Source: Candidatus Versatilivorator sp. (lineage in GTDB: Bacteria; Acidobacteriota; Terriglobia; Versatilivoradales; Versatilivoraceae). From it: 64,000 bases of DNA. The DNA is taken from positions 4,672,001 through 4,736,000 of the forward strand of contig OZ242296.1 in the NCBI GenBank assembly GCA_965207735.1, given 5' to 3'. Shown here piece by piece: positions 39,139 to 49,986 of this stretch (position 1 is the stretch's first letter; every line of letters starts with the position of its first letter). The notes under the pieces were generated by a model that was not told the origin of the DNA, searched no databases, and saw nothing but the letters and a program-made list of their open reading frames with translations. The translations under genes and the position numbers were made by a program.

Positions 39139-40311
39139 ATGCTTCGACGTGAGCTGAAATTCTACTGGATTGCACTGTCGTCCGACTTCGCCTACATGTT
39201 GTTCGTCTTCACGGTGACCCGGCTGATGGCCGAAAATCAGGCCAGCCTGATGTCTCTGGGAATCCTGGGGGCCGTCTCCTCGCTTGGCTTCGGCCTGGGG
39301 GCTCCGATCGGAGGCTGGGCGTCCGACGTCTGGGGAGGGCGCCGCGTCGTCGCTGTCGGCGCCACCGCCCAGGCGTTGGTCCTGCTGGCGTGCATCCAAT
39401 GGCATTCCGACCATCAATGGTTCTACCTGTATGCGCCGATTTCAGGGGCCTCGGTCGGGGTAATGCTTCCCCCGGTCATAGCCTGGTTGACCCGAGGAGG
39501 GCTGGCCCAGCTTGGCCCCAGGCTGCTGGGGCGGCGGCTCTTCCGGTTCTGTCTGTCCTGGAACCTGGGAATGATCGCGGGGCAGGCCGCAGGAGGCTGG
39601 CTCTATCCGTCCGGTCCCACCCTGCCCCTGCTGGTGGGGGTGGTGCTGATGCTGGGCGTGCTGGTTAGGACCGGTTTTCCGATCGCAGCTCCCACTCCCG
39701 CCGCCTTGCCGCCGTCCGAGCGGGAGGCGGTCGTGGTTCCCAAGTCCGCCCGCACCTTCGTCTACCTGGGATGGCTGGCCAACGTGGCCAGCGCCATGGG
39801 AGTGAGCGTCATCATCCACCTCTTTCCCCATCTGGCCACCGAGTTGGAGATCAGTGCTCCCATCCACGGCTTGATGGTGGCCACCAACCGGTCGGTGGTC
39901 ATCGTCACCTATTCGCTGATGTTCTGGTTGACCTTCTGGCGTTACCGATTTTCCGCCGCCCTGCTGGCGCAACTGTGCGCCCTGGCCGGCTTGGCGCTTC
40001 TCGCCACCAGTCGGAGCGTCGCCTTTTTAATTCTGGGCCTGGTCTTGTTTGCTTTGCTATCGGGCTACAACTACTTTTCCAGCATTTTCTACAGCACCAC
40101 TACCTTCGACCGGCAGCGGCAGGGACTGTTCAGCGGAATGCACGAAGCCAGCCTGGCGGTGGGCTTCGCCGCGGGCGCCCTGGGCGGGGGCCTGGTGAGC
40201 CTGTGGCTGGGGTCGCGGGCGCCTTACCAGACAGTAGCCGTGGTGGTGGTGTTGACGACAGCGGCCCAGGCCTGGGTCCACTGGAAGGGGAGGAGACGCC
40301 CTACTATCTGA
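39139..40311 (+). CDS. MFS transporter
   Basis: GWASDVWGGRR motif A; about 12 hydrophobic segments. Confidence 0.85.
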   Translation: MLRRELKFYWIALSSDFAYMLFVFTVTRLMAENQASLMSLGILGAVSSLGFGLGAPIGGWASDVWGGRRVVAVGATAQALVLLACIQWHSDHQWFYLYAPISGASVGVMLPPVIAWLTRGGLAQLGPRLLGRRLFRFCLSWNLGMIAGQAAGGWLYPSGPTLPLLVGVVLMLGVLVRTGFPIAAPTPAALPPSEREAVVVPKSARTFVYLGWLANVASAMGVSVIIHLFPHLATELEISAPIHGLMVATNRSVVIVTYSLMFWLTFWRYRFSAALLAQLCALAGLALLATSRSVAFLILGLVLFALLSGYNYFSSIFYSTTTFDRQRQGLFSGMHEASLAVGFAAGALGGGLVSLWLGSRAPYQTVAVVVVLTTAAQAWVHWKGRRRPTI

Positions 40312-40582
40312 CACGAGGTCATTTTCGCCTTGAATACCGTAGCAACCAGTTGCTACCTTTCGCGCAGCCAGGGCCAGTCGATCGCACTGGCCAGCTACGA
40401 CCGACGGATGATCGCCATCGCCCGCGCCATGAACATCTCCCTGTTCGACCTGGAAAACTCCTGATCCATGCATTCGCGATATTACAATAGAGAGCTTCTT
40501 GCCTCAGAGGGTGCGCTCCCTCCGAAAGGCAGCCGCCGACCGGTGGCTTCGGTCGGTCATACACCACCGCCATTGGAGAACC

Positions 40583-42643
40583 ATGTCCGTCCGAATCGGA
40601 GTTGACGTCGGGGGAACCTTCACCGACATCGTCTGCTTTGACGAGCAAGAAGGAGACTTCAGGCTGCTGAAGATTCCCAGCACACCCGATCGGCCCAGCA
40701 CGGCCGTCGTCGAGGGAACCCGCCGGGTCCTGAGCCAGTTCGAGGTTCCCGCCGAGTCGGTGGGGTTCTTCATACACGGGACCACCGTGGCCACCAACAC
40801 CATCCTGGAGCGCAAGGGGGCCGAGGTGGCCCTGCTGGTCACCGCCGGCTTCCGGGACGTGCCCTACATCATGCGGCAGGACCGGCCCCGCCTCTACGAC
40901 TACTTCCAGCAGCGTCCCCAGCCCCTGATCCCGCGAGAGCGCCGCTTTGAAGTCCCGGAGCGCATGCTCTACACCGGACAAGTCAGCCGGCCGCTGCAGG
41001 AGGAGCCCACCAGACAACTGCTGCGCCGGCTGAAAGAACTGGAAATCCGGGACATCGCCGTTTGCCTGTTGCACTCCTACGTCAACCCTTCCCACGAAAA
41101 GGCGCTCCGGGACTGGATCCGGCAGGAGATCCCGGAAGCCCGGGTCTCGCTCTCTTCGGACATTCTGCCCGAGTTCAAGGAGTTCGAGAGGTTGAGCACC
41201 ACGGCCGTCAACGCCTACGTCATGCCCTCGGTGGGCAGCTACCTCCAGCGGCTCGAGGAGGGTCTGGACTCCCTGAAAATTCCCTCGGGGCTCCATATCA
41301 TGCAGTCCAACGGCGGTATCATGACCTCGGAGACCGCCCAGAGCCACTGTGTGCACATGGTGCTGTCGGGCCCGGCCGCCGGAGCCCTGAGCGGACTGGT
41401 CCTGGGACGGAAGGCCGGACTGGACCACATCATTTCCATCGACGTGGGGGGCACCAGCGCCGACGTGGCCGTGGCCCGTGACGGCAACCTTCACTTTGCC
41501 GAAGAAAGCGAGATCGCCGGGCAGATCCTCAAGATCCCGGCCATTGAAATCAATACGGTCGGCGCCGGCGGCGGCAGCATCGCCTGGGTCGATTCCGGAG
41601 GAGCCCTGCAGGTCGGACCCCAGAGCGCCGGCGCCCATCCGGGACCCGCCTGCTACCGGCGGGGAGGCAGCCGGCCCACCGTTACCGACGCCAACGTGGT
41701 CCTGGGTCGCTTGAATGCCAGCCATTTGCTGGGGGGCGAGATGGCCATCGATGCGGAGCTCTCCGCAAAGGCCATCGGGGAGGGCATTGCCGCTCCCCTG
41801 GGCCTGGAGCTGGTGGAGGCGGCCGAAGGGATCATTCGGGTGATCAATGCCGTCATGGCCAAGGCCATTCGGCGGCTCTCGGTGGAGAAGGGCTACGATC
41901 CCAGGGAGTTCACTCTGGTCAGCTTCGGTGGCGGGGGTCCCCTGCATGCGGCCGAGCTGGCAGCCGACCTGCAGATCCCCCGGGTGCTGGTGCCGCCGGT
42001 CCCCGGGGTCAGTTCGGCGCTGGGCCTGATCACGGCCGACTTTCGCCACGACTACGTGCGCACGGTGCTGTGGAAGCAGCAACAGGCCTCCCTGGGTCAA
42101 TTCAAGGCCCAGTTGGGAGAAATGCAGGCTGCGGCCCGGGCCCAGATGAAAAAGGAAGGTGTTGCCTCGGACCTGGTGGTCTTTGTCACCGCTTCCGACC
42201 TCCGCTATGAAGGGCAGGGGTTCTCCCTTCCCGTCTCGTTCGATCTGGGGGAACTCTCCACCTGGAACGACCTGACTCCACTGATCCAGCGATTCCACCA
42301 GCGGCACCAGGAAACCTACGGATACCACGACCCGCAGGCCGCCATCGAAGTGGTCAACCTTCGGCTGGCAGCCATCGGACGACTCGCGCCGGCCACCCTG
42401 GTTCGACTCCCCCGGAGGCAACCCGATCCGGCGCCGGCCCTGGAGGGAACCAGGAAGATCTACGTGGAGGGCCGATTCACCGACGCCAACGTCTACCGGC
42501 GCTCCGGACTGGGGTGGGGCTCGGTGGTGACCGGGCCGGCCATCGTGGAGCAACTGGACTCGACCACCCTCATCCTGCCCGGCCAGCGGGCCGAAACCGA
42601 TGAATTCGGCAATCTGATGATCGCCTGGGAGAACCACCAATGA
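40583..42643 (+). CDS. hyuA: hydantoinase/oxoprolinase subunit A (N-methylhydantoinase A-like)
   Basis: DVGGTFTD, HGTTVATN, SGPAAG, SAGAHPGPACY, TVTDAN. Confidence 0.9.
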   Translation: MSVRIGVDVGGTFTDIVCFDEQEGDFRLLKIPSTPDRPSTAVVEGTRRVLSQFEVPAESVGFFIHGTTVATNTILERKGAEVALLVTAGFRDVPYIMRQDRPRLYDYFQQRPQPLIPRERRFEVPERMLYTGQVSRPLQEEPTRQLLRRLKELEIRDIAVCLLHSYVNPSHEKALRDWIRQEIPEARVSLSSDILPEFKEFERLSTTAVNAYVMPSVGSYLQRLEEGLDSLKIPSGLHIMQSNGGIMTSETAQSHCVHMVLSGPAAGALSGLVLGRKAGLDHIISIDVGGTSADVAVARDGNLHFAEESEIAGQILKIPAIEINTVGAGGGSIAWVDSGGALQVGPQSAGAHPGPACYRRGGSRPTVTDANVVLGRLNASHLLGGEMAIDAELSAKAIGEGIAAPLGLELVEAAEGIIRVINAVMAKAIRRLSVEKGYDPREFTLVSFGGGGPLHAAELAADLQIPRVLVPPVPGVSSALGLITADFRHDYVRTVLWKQQQASLGQFKAQLGEMQAAARAQMKKEGVASDLVVFVTASDLRYEGQGFSLPVSFDLGELSTWNDLTPLIQRFHQRHQETYGYHDPQAAIEVVNLRLAAIGRLAPATLVRLPRRQPDPAPALEGTRKIYVEGRFTDANVYRRSGLGWGSVVTGPAIVEQLDSTTLILPGQRAETDEFGNLMIAWENHQ

Positions 42644-44415
42644 CCGCCGGAAATCCGAGTTCCCAAGTCAGCACCGACCCCGTCACCCTGCAGGTCATGA
42701 CCAATGCCGTCTACTCGGTGGCGGATGAAATGGTGGCGGCTCTGATTCGGACTTCCTTCTCCACCAATATCAAGGACCGCAGGGACTGCAGCGGGGCCGT
42801 CTTCACCCGGGACGGACAACTGGTGGCCCAGGGCGAGGTGGGCACACCCCTCCATCTGGGAGTCATGCTGCCGGCGGTTCAGACAGCCATCGCCGCCGTG
42901 CTCCCCGAGACCCTGGAGCCCGGGGACGACATCATCGTCAACACCCCCTACCCTGAAGGCCCCGGCCATCTCAACGATGTCACCCTGGTCTCACCCGTGT
43001 TCGACGGCCCTCACCTGGTGGCTTACGTGGCCAACATGTCCCACCACGTGGACGTGGGCGGCTTCGCTCCCGGCAGCATGGCCTTCGGTGTCTGGGAGCA
43101 CTTTCAGGAGGGCTTGCAGATTCCCCCGCTGAAGCTGGTCAAGCGGGGGCGCATCGATGAGGACCTGGTGCGCCTCATCACCGCCAACCTGCGGACCCCG
43201 GTGGAGTTCCGGGGCGACCTGGCGGCTCAGATCGCAGCCAACAACGTGGGCGAGGAGCGGCTTCAGGGCCTCATGCGAAAGTACGGCCGGGAGACGGCGC
43301 TCCACTACATGAACGAGATCATGGATTACTCGGAGCGGCGGCTTTCGGCGGCCATCGGGCAACTGCCCCAGGGTTCCTTTTCCTCGCAGGACTATCTGGA
43401 AGGGGACGGGATCTCCACCGAGAAAATCGCCATCCGGGTGACGGTCACCGTTGAGGGGTCGGAGCTGGTGGCCGACTTCCGGGAGAGCGATCCTCAGGCC
43501 CTGGGTCCCATCAACTGCCGTCCGCCCTCGGTGAAGGCCTGCGCCTACTACCTGGCCAAGGCCCTGCTGGATCCGGGCCTGCCCCCCAACTCGGGAGCCT
43601 TTCGCCCCATCCGGGTGCTGACCAAACCCGGCACGCTCATGGAGGTTCAGTTTCCCGGGGCTCTCTGCAACGCCAACATCGTGACCACCCAGAGAATCGT
43701 AGACGCCCTCATGGGCGCCTTTCTCCAGATCATTCCCGAGCGGGCCGCGGCCGCCTGTTCGGGGACCATGAACCTGTTGAACATCGGAGGCCGCGACCCC
43801 CGCAGCGGGGCCCTCTTCAACTACATCGAGACCTACGGCGGCGGCCAGGGCGCCCTGGTGGACCGCGACGGAACCTCGGCGGTGCAGATGCACATGACCA
43901 ACACCCGCAACGCCCCGGTGGAGGTGATCGAATCGACCTATCCTTTTTTCATCCGCGGCTATGGGTTGGTTTCGGAAAGCGCCGGGGCCGGCGAGTTCAG
44001 GGGAGGTTACGGCATGCGGCGCGAGTTCGAGATCGAAGCGGAGAGGGTGACGGTCACCCTCAGCTCGGATCGATTCGAGCTGGCTCCCTGGGGAATCTTC
44101 GGCGGCCTCAGCGCTTCCACCGGGGACTGCAAGGTGGTGCTGCCCGACGGATCCGTGGAGCAACTCCCCTCCAAAGTGACCCGGGTCCTGACCAAGGGGT
44201 CCCGGCTGATCAGCACCACTCCCGGGGGCGGAGGATGGGGAGAGCCTTGCCAACGCCCTGCCGAAAAGGTCCGTCAGGACGTCGTTCAGGAACTGCTCTC
44301 GAGGGAGTCGGCTCTGAGCATCTACGGGGTCGTTCTCAATGACGATCTGTCACTGGACTCGCAGGCCACCGCCGAGGAGAGGGACAAGCGCCGGTCCGCG
44401 TCGGGACTTGAATAG
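42640..44415 (+). CDS. hyuB: hydantoinase B/oxoprolinase subunit
   Basis: GHLND, HHVDVGG, EGLQIPP, GAGEFRGG, TPGGGGWG; ATGA overlap. Confidence 0.9.
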   Translation: MTAGNPSSQVSTDPVTLQVMTNAVYSVADEMVAALIRTSFSTNIKDRRDCSGAVFTRDGQLVAQGEVGTPLHLGVMLPAVQTAIAAVLPETLEPGDDIIVNTPYPEGPGHLNDVTLVSPVFDGPHLVAYVANMSHHVDVGGFAPGSMAFGVWEHFQEGLQIPPLKLVKRGRIDEDLVRLITANLRTPVEFRGDLAAQIAANNVGEERLQGLMRKYGRETALHYMNEIMDYSERRLSAAIGQLPQGSFSSQDYLEGDGISTEKIAIRVTVTVEGSELVADFRESDPQALGPINCRPPSVKACAYYLAKALLDPGLPPNSGAFRPIRVLTKPGTLMEVQFPGALCNANIVTTQRIVDALMGAFLQIIPERAAAACSGTMNLLNIGGRDPRSGALFNYIETYGGGQGALVDRDGTSAVQMHMTNTRNAPVEVIESTYPFFIRGYGLVSESAGAGEFRGGYGMRREFEIEAERVTVTLSSDRFELAPWGIFGGLSASTGDCKVVLPDGSVEQLPSKVTRVLTKGSRLISTTPGGGGWGEPCQRPAEKVRQDVVQELLSRESALSIYGVVLNDDLSLDSQATAEERDKRRSASGLE

Positions 44416-44419
44416 CGGG

Positions 44420-44566
44420 AGTCGGACAGACCGGCACATTACGCTAAGGCTGGATGCCGACGTGGTAGCGTGGTTCAAGACCAACGCCCCTGGTGGACGG
44501 GGGTACCAGACTGAAATCAACCGTGTGCTTCGCCAACACGCCAAAATGGCTTTGCACCGTACTTGA
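44420..44566 (+). pseudogene. BrnA-type antitoxin C-terminal fragment
   Basis: ITLRLDADVVAWFK...GYQTEINRVLR, with no proper start and no toxin partner. Confidence 0.7.
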
Positions 44567-44569
44567 GTT

Positions 44570-45916
44570 TCAACAGTTGCGGCTCCCCGGAATCCAGTCG
44601 GTTCCGGCCAGGGGGAGCTTGGCCATGGCGGCCGCTTCCACCGTGAGTGCGACCAGGTCTTCACGCTCCAGGTGGTGGACGTTGGATTTGCCGCAGGCCC
44701 TGGCCAGGGTCGTCAACTCCATGGTCAGTGTTTGCAGGTAGTTCTTGAGGCGGCGGGCTCCCCAATCGGGCTGCAATCGCTTTTCCAGCTCGGGGATCTG
44801 GGTGGTCACTCCCACCGGACACAGCCCCGTGTGACAGTGGTGGCAGTAGCCGGGTCCCGTACCCAGCTTGGCGTACTCATCGCTGACGTCCACCGGCTCC
44901 TGCCCATCGAAGTACGAGGGGCTGTTGCAGCCCAGCGCCATCAGCACGGCCTGGCCCAGAGACACGGCGTCCGCCCCCATGGCCAGGGCCTTGGCCACGT
45001 CGGCCCCTGTGCGAATCCCCCCGGAAACCACCAGCTGCACCTCGCCCAGGACATCCATTTCGTCCAGCGCCTCCACCGCCTGCCGCACGGCCGGCAGGGT
45101 GGGGATCCCCGCGTGCTCGATAAACACCTGCTGGGTGGCCGCCGTGCCTCCCTGCATGCCGTCCACCACCACTACGTCGGCGCCGGCCTTGACCGCCAGC
45201 TTGACGTCGTCCCGCACCCGGGTGGCTCCCAGCTTGACGTAGATGGGGATTTGCCAGTCGGTGATTTCCCGCAGCTCGTTGATCTTGATGGTGAGGTCGT
45301 CGGGCCCGGTCCAATCGGGGTGGCGACAGGCCGAACGCTGGTCGATGCCCTCGGGCAAGGTCCGCATTTGGGCCACCCGCGGGCTGACCTTGAGCCCCAG
45401 CAGCATGCCGCCTCCTCCGGGCTTGGCCCCCTGGCCGATCACCATCTCGATGGCGTCGGCCTGCTTCAGATCCTGGGGATTGAACCCGTAGCGGGAGGGC
45501 AGGCACTGGTAGACCAGCGTCTTGGAGGAAGCCCGCTCCTCCCGGGTCATGCCCCCGTCGCCGGTGGTGGTGGAGGTGCCCACCTCAGAGGCCGCCCGCC
45601 CGATAGCTTCCTTGACGTTGGCCGAAAGCGAGCCGAAGCTCATGCCGGCGATGGTGATGGGAATGTCCAGCGTGATGGGCTTCTTGGCCCGTCGGGTGCC
45701 GAGGACGGTCCGGGTGAGGCACTTCTCCCGGTAGCCCTCCAGGGGATAGCGGGAAGCCGAGGCCGTCAGGAAGACCAGGTCGTCGAAGTTGGGCACCTTT
45801 CTCTTGGCGCCCAAACCCCGAATGTCGTAGAGGCCGTGCTCCGAGGCCCGGTGAATGTACTCCAGCACGTGCCGGTCGTAGAGAGAACTTTCTTCCAGAT
45901 CGATCTTCTTCGTCAT
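44570..45916 (-). CDS. glxD: FMN-binding glutamate synthase family protein (N-methylglutamate synthase subunit C)
   Basis: GMSFGSLS, GQGAKPGGGGML, RHPDWTGPDDL, CHHCHTGLCPVG. Confidence 0.92.
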   Translation of the reverse strand: MTKKIDLEESSLYDRHVLEYIHRASEHGLYDIRGLGAKRKVPNFDDLVFLTASASRYPLEGYREKCLTRTVLGTRRAKKPITLDIPITIAGMSFGSLSANVKEAIGRAASEVGTSTTTGDGGMTREERASSKTLVYQCLPSRYGFNPQDLKQADAIEMVIGQGAKPGGGGMLLGLKVSPRVAQMRTLPEGIDQRSACRHPDWTGPDDLTIKINELREITDWQIPIYVKLGATRVRDDVKLAVKAGADVVVVDGMQGGTAATQQVFIEHAGIPTLPAVRQAVEALDEMDVLGEVQLVVSGGIRTGADVAKALAMGADAVSLGQAVLMALGCNSPSYFDGQEPVDVSDEYAKLGTGPGYCHHCHTGLCPVGVTTQIPELEKRLQPDWGARRLKNYLQTLTMELTTLARACGKSNVHHLEREDLVALTVEAAAMAKLPLAGTDWIPGSRNC

Positions 45917-45973
45917 GGCTCGATGCAACCCAATGGACTCTCAGTCATGTCTTCCTCTGGAAACCCGTTCCCG

Positions 45974-46672
45974 TTAGTAGTCCTGATCGGCGTCCACATT
46001 CCAGTGATAGAGCGTCTTGGCCGAGGCCACCCGCTTGAATTCCCGGGGAGAACAGTCCAGCCCCGTCCGGTCCAGCAGTTGTCCGACCGTGGCGTAGTCC
46101 TCCTCGGCCATGGGCTCTTCCCGGGCTTCGGCTCCCAGCGAGTGAATGCGCCCCCGGACATAGATCACGGCTTCATAGAGCGAATCGCCCAGCCCGGCGC
46201 CGGCGTCGCCGCAAACCACCAGGTGTCCGGCCTGGGCCATGAAGGCGGACATGTGGCCCACGTGGCCTCCCACCACGATGTCGCCGCCCTTCAGTGAAAT
46301 ACCGCAGCGGGAGGAAGCGCTTCCCTCGATGAAGAGCAGGCCCCCGTGGGCCGAGGCCCCGGCGCACTGGGAGGCGTATCCCTTGACCCGCACTTCCCCC
46401 GACATCATGTTCTCGGCGACGCTCCAGCCCACGTTCCCGTGGACCACGATCCGGGCTTGCCGGTTCATGCCTCCCAGGAAGTATCCCGTGTGGCCCCGGA
46501 CATCCACTTGGACCGGCGCGTCCAGGCCCACGGCAATGTTGTGAAGCCCGTTGGGGTTGAGGATCTCGATCCGGGAAAGGGACTTGGTCCCGATTTCATG
46601 ATGGAGGAAGTGGTTCAGCTGGCGGACCGACAGCTCTTGGAGGTCGAGTGACTGGAGGTCTATAGACTCCAC
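45974..46672 (-). CDS. glxC: GXGXG-motif protein (N-methylglutamate synthase subunit B)
   Basis: HNIAVG, AENMMSG, RCGISLKG, LGDSLYE. Confidence 0.9.
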   Translation of the reverse strand: MESIDLQSLDLQELSVRQLNHFLHHEIGTKSLSRIEILNPNGLHNIAVGLDAPVQVDVRGHTGYFLGGMNRQARIVVHGNVGWSVAENMMSGEVRVKGYASQCAGASAHGGLLFIEGSASSRCGISLKGGDIVVGGHVGHMSAFMAQAGHLVVCGDAGAGLGDSLYEAVIYVRGRIHSLGAEAREEPMAEEDYATVGQLLDRTGLDCSPREFKRVASAKTLYHWNVDADQDY

Positions 46673-47556
46673 GAGTAGATCTCCTCCGGCACCGGCTCGA
46701 ACAGCTCCGCCGACCGGATGCCCGGCAGGTGGGCCAGGGAGCGGAACTCCGAGCTCACGGCCACGTAATCCTCGGTTTCCGCAACCACCGCCGGCTTGCA
46801 GGCGAAGGCGTCCCGAACCAGGACCACCTTCTCGGCCGTGGCCATCAGCAGCGTGTAGAACCCGTCGAGTTGGATGAAGGCTTCCTTCAAGGCATCTTCC
46901 AGGGATTCTCCCTCGCTCATCCGCCACTCCAGGAAGCGGCAGGCAGCTTCGGTGTCGTTGTCGGTCTCGAAATCAATGCCCCGCTTCTCCAGGCGCCGGC
47001 GTAAGCTCCAGGGATTTGAGAGGGACCCGTTGTGCACCAGGCAGAAGTCTTCGCCGGCGGTGAAGGGATGGGCGTGAGCGGGCGAGACCGCCGATTCGGT
47101 GGCCATGCGGGTGTGACCGACGCAGTGGCTGGCCGCCAACCCGCCAAACCCGTAGCGCCGGGCGATCTCGGCGGGATGGCCCATGTCCTTGTAGACCTCG
47201 ATGGACCGGCCCGTCGAGAGCAGGTGCACGGAGGGGAACTCCCGGGACAGCCACTCCTCCAGGCTCCGGGGCGCGATCGAGGAAATCAGCCGTCCATGAT
47301 TTTCGATCCAGCTCAGATCGCCCTGGCAAGCGGTGTCCCGCTCGAAGGCCTGCCCCAGTTCCTGCCAGTCGAACCCCTTCTGGCCGCAGAACAGGCTGAA
47401 TCTCCGCAACGGGCCGTCCCCGACCGGGACAAAGACCGCCAGACCGGCTGAATCGGGCCCGCGATCCCCCATGCATTCCATCATGGGCGTGACCCATTCA
47501 CCCAACCGGTCCCGCTTGGACTCGGGCTTGATCAGCAATCCGATAATGCCGCACAT
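46660..47556 (-). CDS. glxB: class II glutamine amidotransferase (N-methylglutamate synthase subunit A)
   Basis: MCGIIG N-terminus, RGPDSAG, GHTRMATES, HNGSLSN. Confidence 0.92.
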   Translation of the reverse strand: MCGIIGLLIKPESKRDRLGEWVTPMMECMGDRGPDSAGLAVFVPVGDGPLRRFSLFCGQKGFDWQELGQAFERDTACQGDLSWIENHGRLISSIAPRSLEEWLSREFPSVHLLSTGRSIEVYKDMGHPAEIARRYGFGGLAASHCVGHTRMATESAVSPAHAHPFTAGEDFCLVHNGSLSNPWSLRRRLEKRGIDFETDNDTEAACRFLEWRMSEGESLEDALKEAFIQLDGFYTLLMATAEKVVLVRDAFACKPAVVAETEDYVAVSSEFRSLAHLPGIRSAELFEPVPEEIYSWSL

Positions 47557-47584
47557 GCGGATCCTCCGGTAAGTGACCTTGGTG

Positions 47585-48919
47585 CTAGTAGAACTCCAGG
47601 TAGCGCTGGACTTCCCAATCGGAGACGTGACGCTGGTACTCGGTCCACTCCATCTCCTTCAGATCCGTGAACTCCTGCAGAAACGCCTCTCCCAGTTGTT
47701 CGGCAAACAGGGGATCGGCCTTGAGGGCGCCCACGGCTTCGATCAGGGTTTGGGGAAGCAGGCCGATGCCCATCTCCCGCAGAGCGTCCGGGGTGTAGCG
47801 GTAGTGGTTGATGTTGTGGGGCGGTCCGGGGTCCAGCTTGCGCTCGATACCGTCCAGGCCGGCCGCGATCACCGCCGCCGTGGCCAGATAGGGGTTGCAG
47901 CTGGAGTCGCACAGCCTCAATTCCAGCCGCCCGTAGGGGACCCGCACCATCGAGGTCCGGTTGTTGTCCCCATAGGAGATATAGGCCGGAGCCCAGGTGG
48001 CTCCCGACAGCGAGCGGCCCACTACCAGCCGTTTGTAGGAGTTGACCGAGGGCGCCACCAGGGCGGTCAGGGCCGGCCCGTGGGCCAGCAACCCTCCCAG
48101 GAAGTGGTAGGCCAGCTCCGACAGACCCAGTCGGTTCTTGTCGGAGTCGTCCTGGAAGAGGTCGTTGCCCTGGCCGTCCCAGATCGACATGTGGATATGG
48201 CTGCCGGTCCCGGTGCGGTTGGACATGGGCTTGGGCATGAAGGAACAGATCACCCCGAATTCACGGGCGATCTCTCCGGCGGCCATCCGGAACAGCACGT
48301 AGCGGTCCGCCGAGGTGAGGGCCGTCGAGAAGGCAAAGTTGATCTCGAACTGGCCGTTGGCGTCCTCGTGGTCGATCTGGTAGACGTCGAATCCGATCGA
48401 CTGCAGCGAGCCCACCAGCTTCTCCAGGAAGGCCCGGCTTCGCGAGAGTCCCTTGTAGTCGTAGCAGGGCTTCTCCAGAGTGTCGGTGTCGTCGGCGGGC
48501 CGGATGGAACCGTCCGGATTTCGGCTCAACAGCATGAACTCGGGTTCCAGGCCGGTGTTCAAAGTCCAGCCCCTTTGCTCCAGGCGCTTCACCTGCTGCT
48601 GGAGAATGTGGCGGGTGTCGAAAGGGTAGGGCTCTCCGTTCACCCGGCCGGTGCAGACGATGCGGGCATATCCGGGCTGCCAGGGCACCAGCGTCAGGGT
48701 GTCCAGATCCCCCACGGCCATGAAATCCGGATCGTGCGGTTCCTGTCCCAGACCCCATACGGCGAACCCGGCAAACCCGGCGCCGTCGGTCAGGATATCC
48801 TCGAAGTGGCTGACCGGAACCGACTTGGTCTTGGCCACTCCGTGGACGTCCACAAACTGGGCCAGGACGAACTTGACATCGTTTTCCTTCAATAAGGTCT
48901 GGGCTTGGTTGAGATTCAT
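47585..48919 (-). CDS. glnT: type III glutamine synthetase / gamma-glutamylmethylamide synthetase (GmaS)
   Basis: [37 protein letters not shown]. Confidence 0.92.
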   Translation of the reverse strand: MNLNQAQTLLKENDVKFVLAQFVDVHGVAKTKSVPVSHFEDILTDGAGFAGFAVWGLGQEPHDPDFMAVGDLDTLTLVPWQPGYARIVCTGRVNGEPYPFDTRHILQQQVKRLEQRGWTLNTGLEPEFMLLSRNPDGSIRPADDTDTLEKPCYDYKGLSRSRAFLEKLVGSLQSIGFDVYQIDHEDANGQFEINFAFSTALTSADRYVLFRMAAGEIAREFGVICSFMPKPMSNRTGTGSHIHMSIWDGQGNDLFQDDSDKNRLGLSELAYHFLGGLLAHGPALTALVAPSVNSYKRLVVGRSLSGATWAPAYISYGDNNRTSMVRVPYGRLELRLCDSSCNPYLATAAVIAAGLDGIERKLDPGPPHNINHYRYTPDALREMGIGLLPQTLIEAVGALKADPLFAEQLGEAFLQEFTDLKEMEWTEYQRHVSDWEVQRYLEFY

Positions 48920-48924
48920 GGACG

Positions 48925-49623
48925 CTATCCTTTCAGTGAACTCGCCGGAGAGAGGCCGGGATAGAGGCAGCCCAGCCCCACCGCATCGCCGCCGTCTTCC
49001 CTGACGATGCCCAGCAGCGTTTTCCAAAGATACACACTATAGCTCGGGTCCAGCCAAATTCGAAGCCCGGCGATGCCGGACGCCTCCACCCGCAGCAGCC
49101 GGCAGGAGACTCCGGCCACCCGGCTCAGGACCACCTGTCCCGCCGATTCCCGAAAATCGTGGCCGCAGGTCTGGCTGAGAACCTCATCGGTCCGTGACCC
49201 GATCAGCAGAAACGAGGCCTCCTGCCGCTCCACCCGGTAGACCTCCGGGGGATTAGTCGAGAGTCCCTCCTGGATGCGGGAGACCACCTGCCCCCGAAGC
49301 CCGTCTTCCAGAATCACTTCCTCCCTGTCGATGCGAACCAGTATCCCACGCTCTTCAATGGGTGTGACCGCATAGAGGGCGGCTCCCGTCTGCAGGCCGT
49401 TCTCCCGGAGCCAGGCCAGGACGCCTGCTCCCTTCAGACCCAGCCGGGGCAGGCAGCTCAGGTCGGCCAGGGCAAGGTGTTGCTTGAGACGGTCTTCTTG
49501 CTCGGGGTCGGCGAATCGGAGAGCCGCGGCCATGCCTTGAACCTCGGTCCAGACGGGGTGCATCGGTTCCAGCAGGTCATGGACCGGGCTTCGCCTGGTG
49601 AGTCTTGGGATCGAAAGATTCAT
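48925..49623 (-). CDS. soxG: sarcosine oxidase gamma-like subunit (MgdD)
   Basis: [20 protein letters not shown]; position in the operon. Confidence 0.8.
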   Translation of the reverse strand: MNLSIPRLTRRSPVHDLLEPMHPVWTEVQGMAAALRFADPEQEDRLKQHLALADLSCLPRLGLKGAGVLAWLRENGLQTGAALYAVTPIEERGILVRIDREEVILEDGLRGQVVSRIQEGLSTNPPEVYRVERQEASFLLIGSRTDEVLSQTCGHDFRESAGQVVLSRVAGVSCRLLRVEASGIAGLRIWLDPSYSVYLWKTLLGIVREDGGDAVGLGCLYPGLSPASSLKG

Positions 49624-49627
49624 GGAG

Positions 49628-49986
49628 TGGCGCGGCCCTCCGACGGGGCGGATCATTCGAGGGTGAAACAACCCAACATCATCAGGTTTCGGCAACAGGG
49701 AAATTTTCCGTCAAACCGGTCGGCTGCATGAGGGAACATGGATAGACAGGATGAACAGGATATAGAGGACGAAACGCTGCTGCAGAGGAAGCTGACTGGC
49801 GCGAAACGAGACGCAGGATGCCCGCAATCGGGGCAAGGCGGTTTAGGACGACAATCCTGTAAATCCTGTGCATCCATGTTAAACAACTCTTTTTGCGCTC
49901 GGGGCCGAGACCAAACGCCGGAACTTGAAGGGCGTCACTTCGTGTGTCTTCGTGGATAACTCTTTTTTTCTGTTGTTTCAGACAAT
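49628..49986 (+). mobile_element. IS110-end element E6 inserted between soxA and soxG
   Basis: CGACGGGGCGGATCATTCGAGGGTGAAACAAC is identical to the IS110 left end; right end GTTGTTTCAGACAAT; internal ACAGGAT inverted repeats. Confidence 0.85.
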
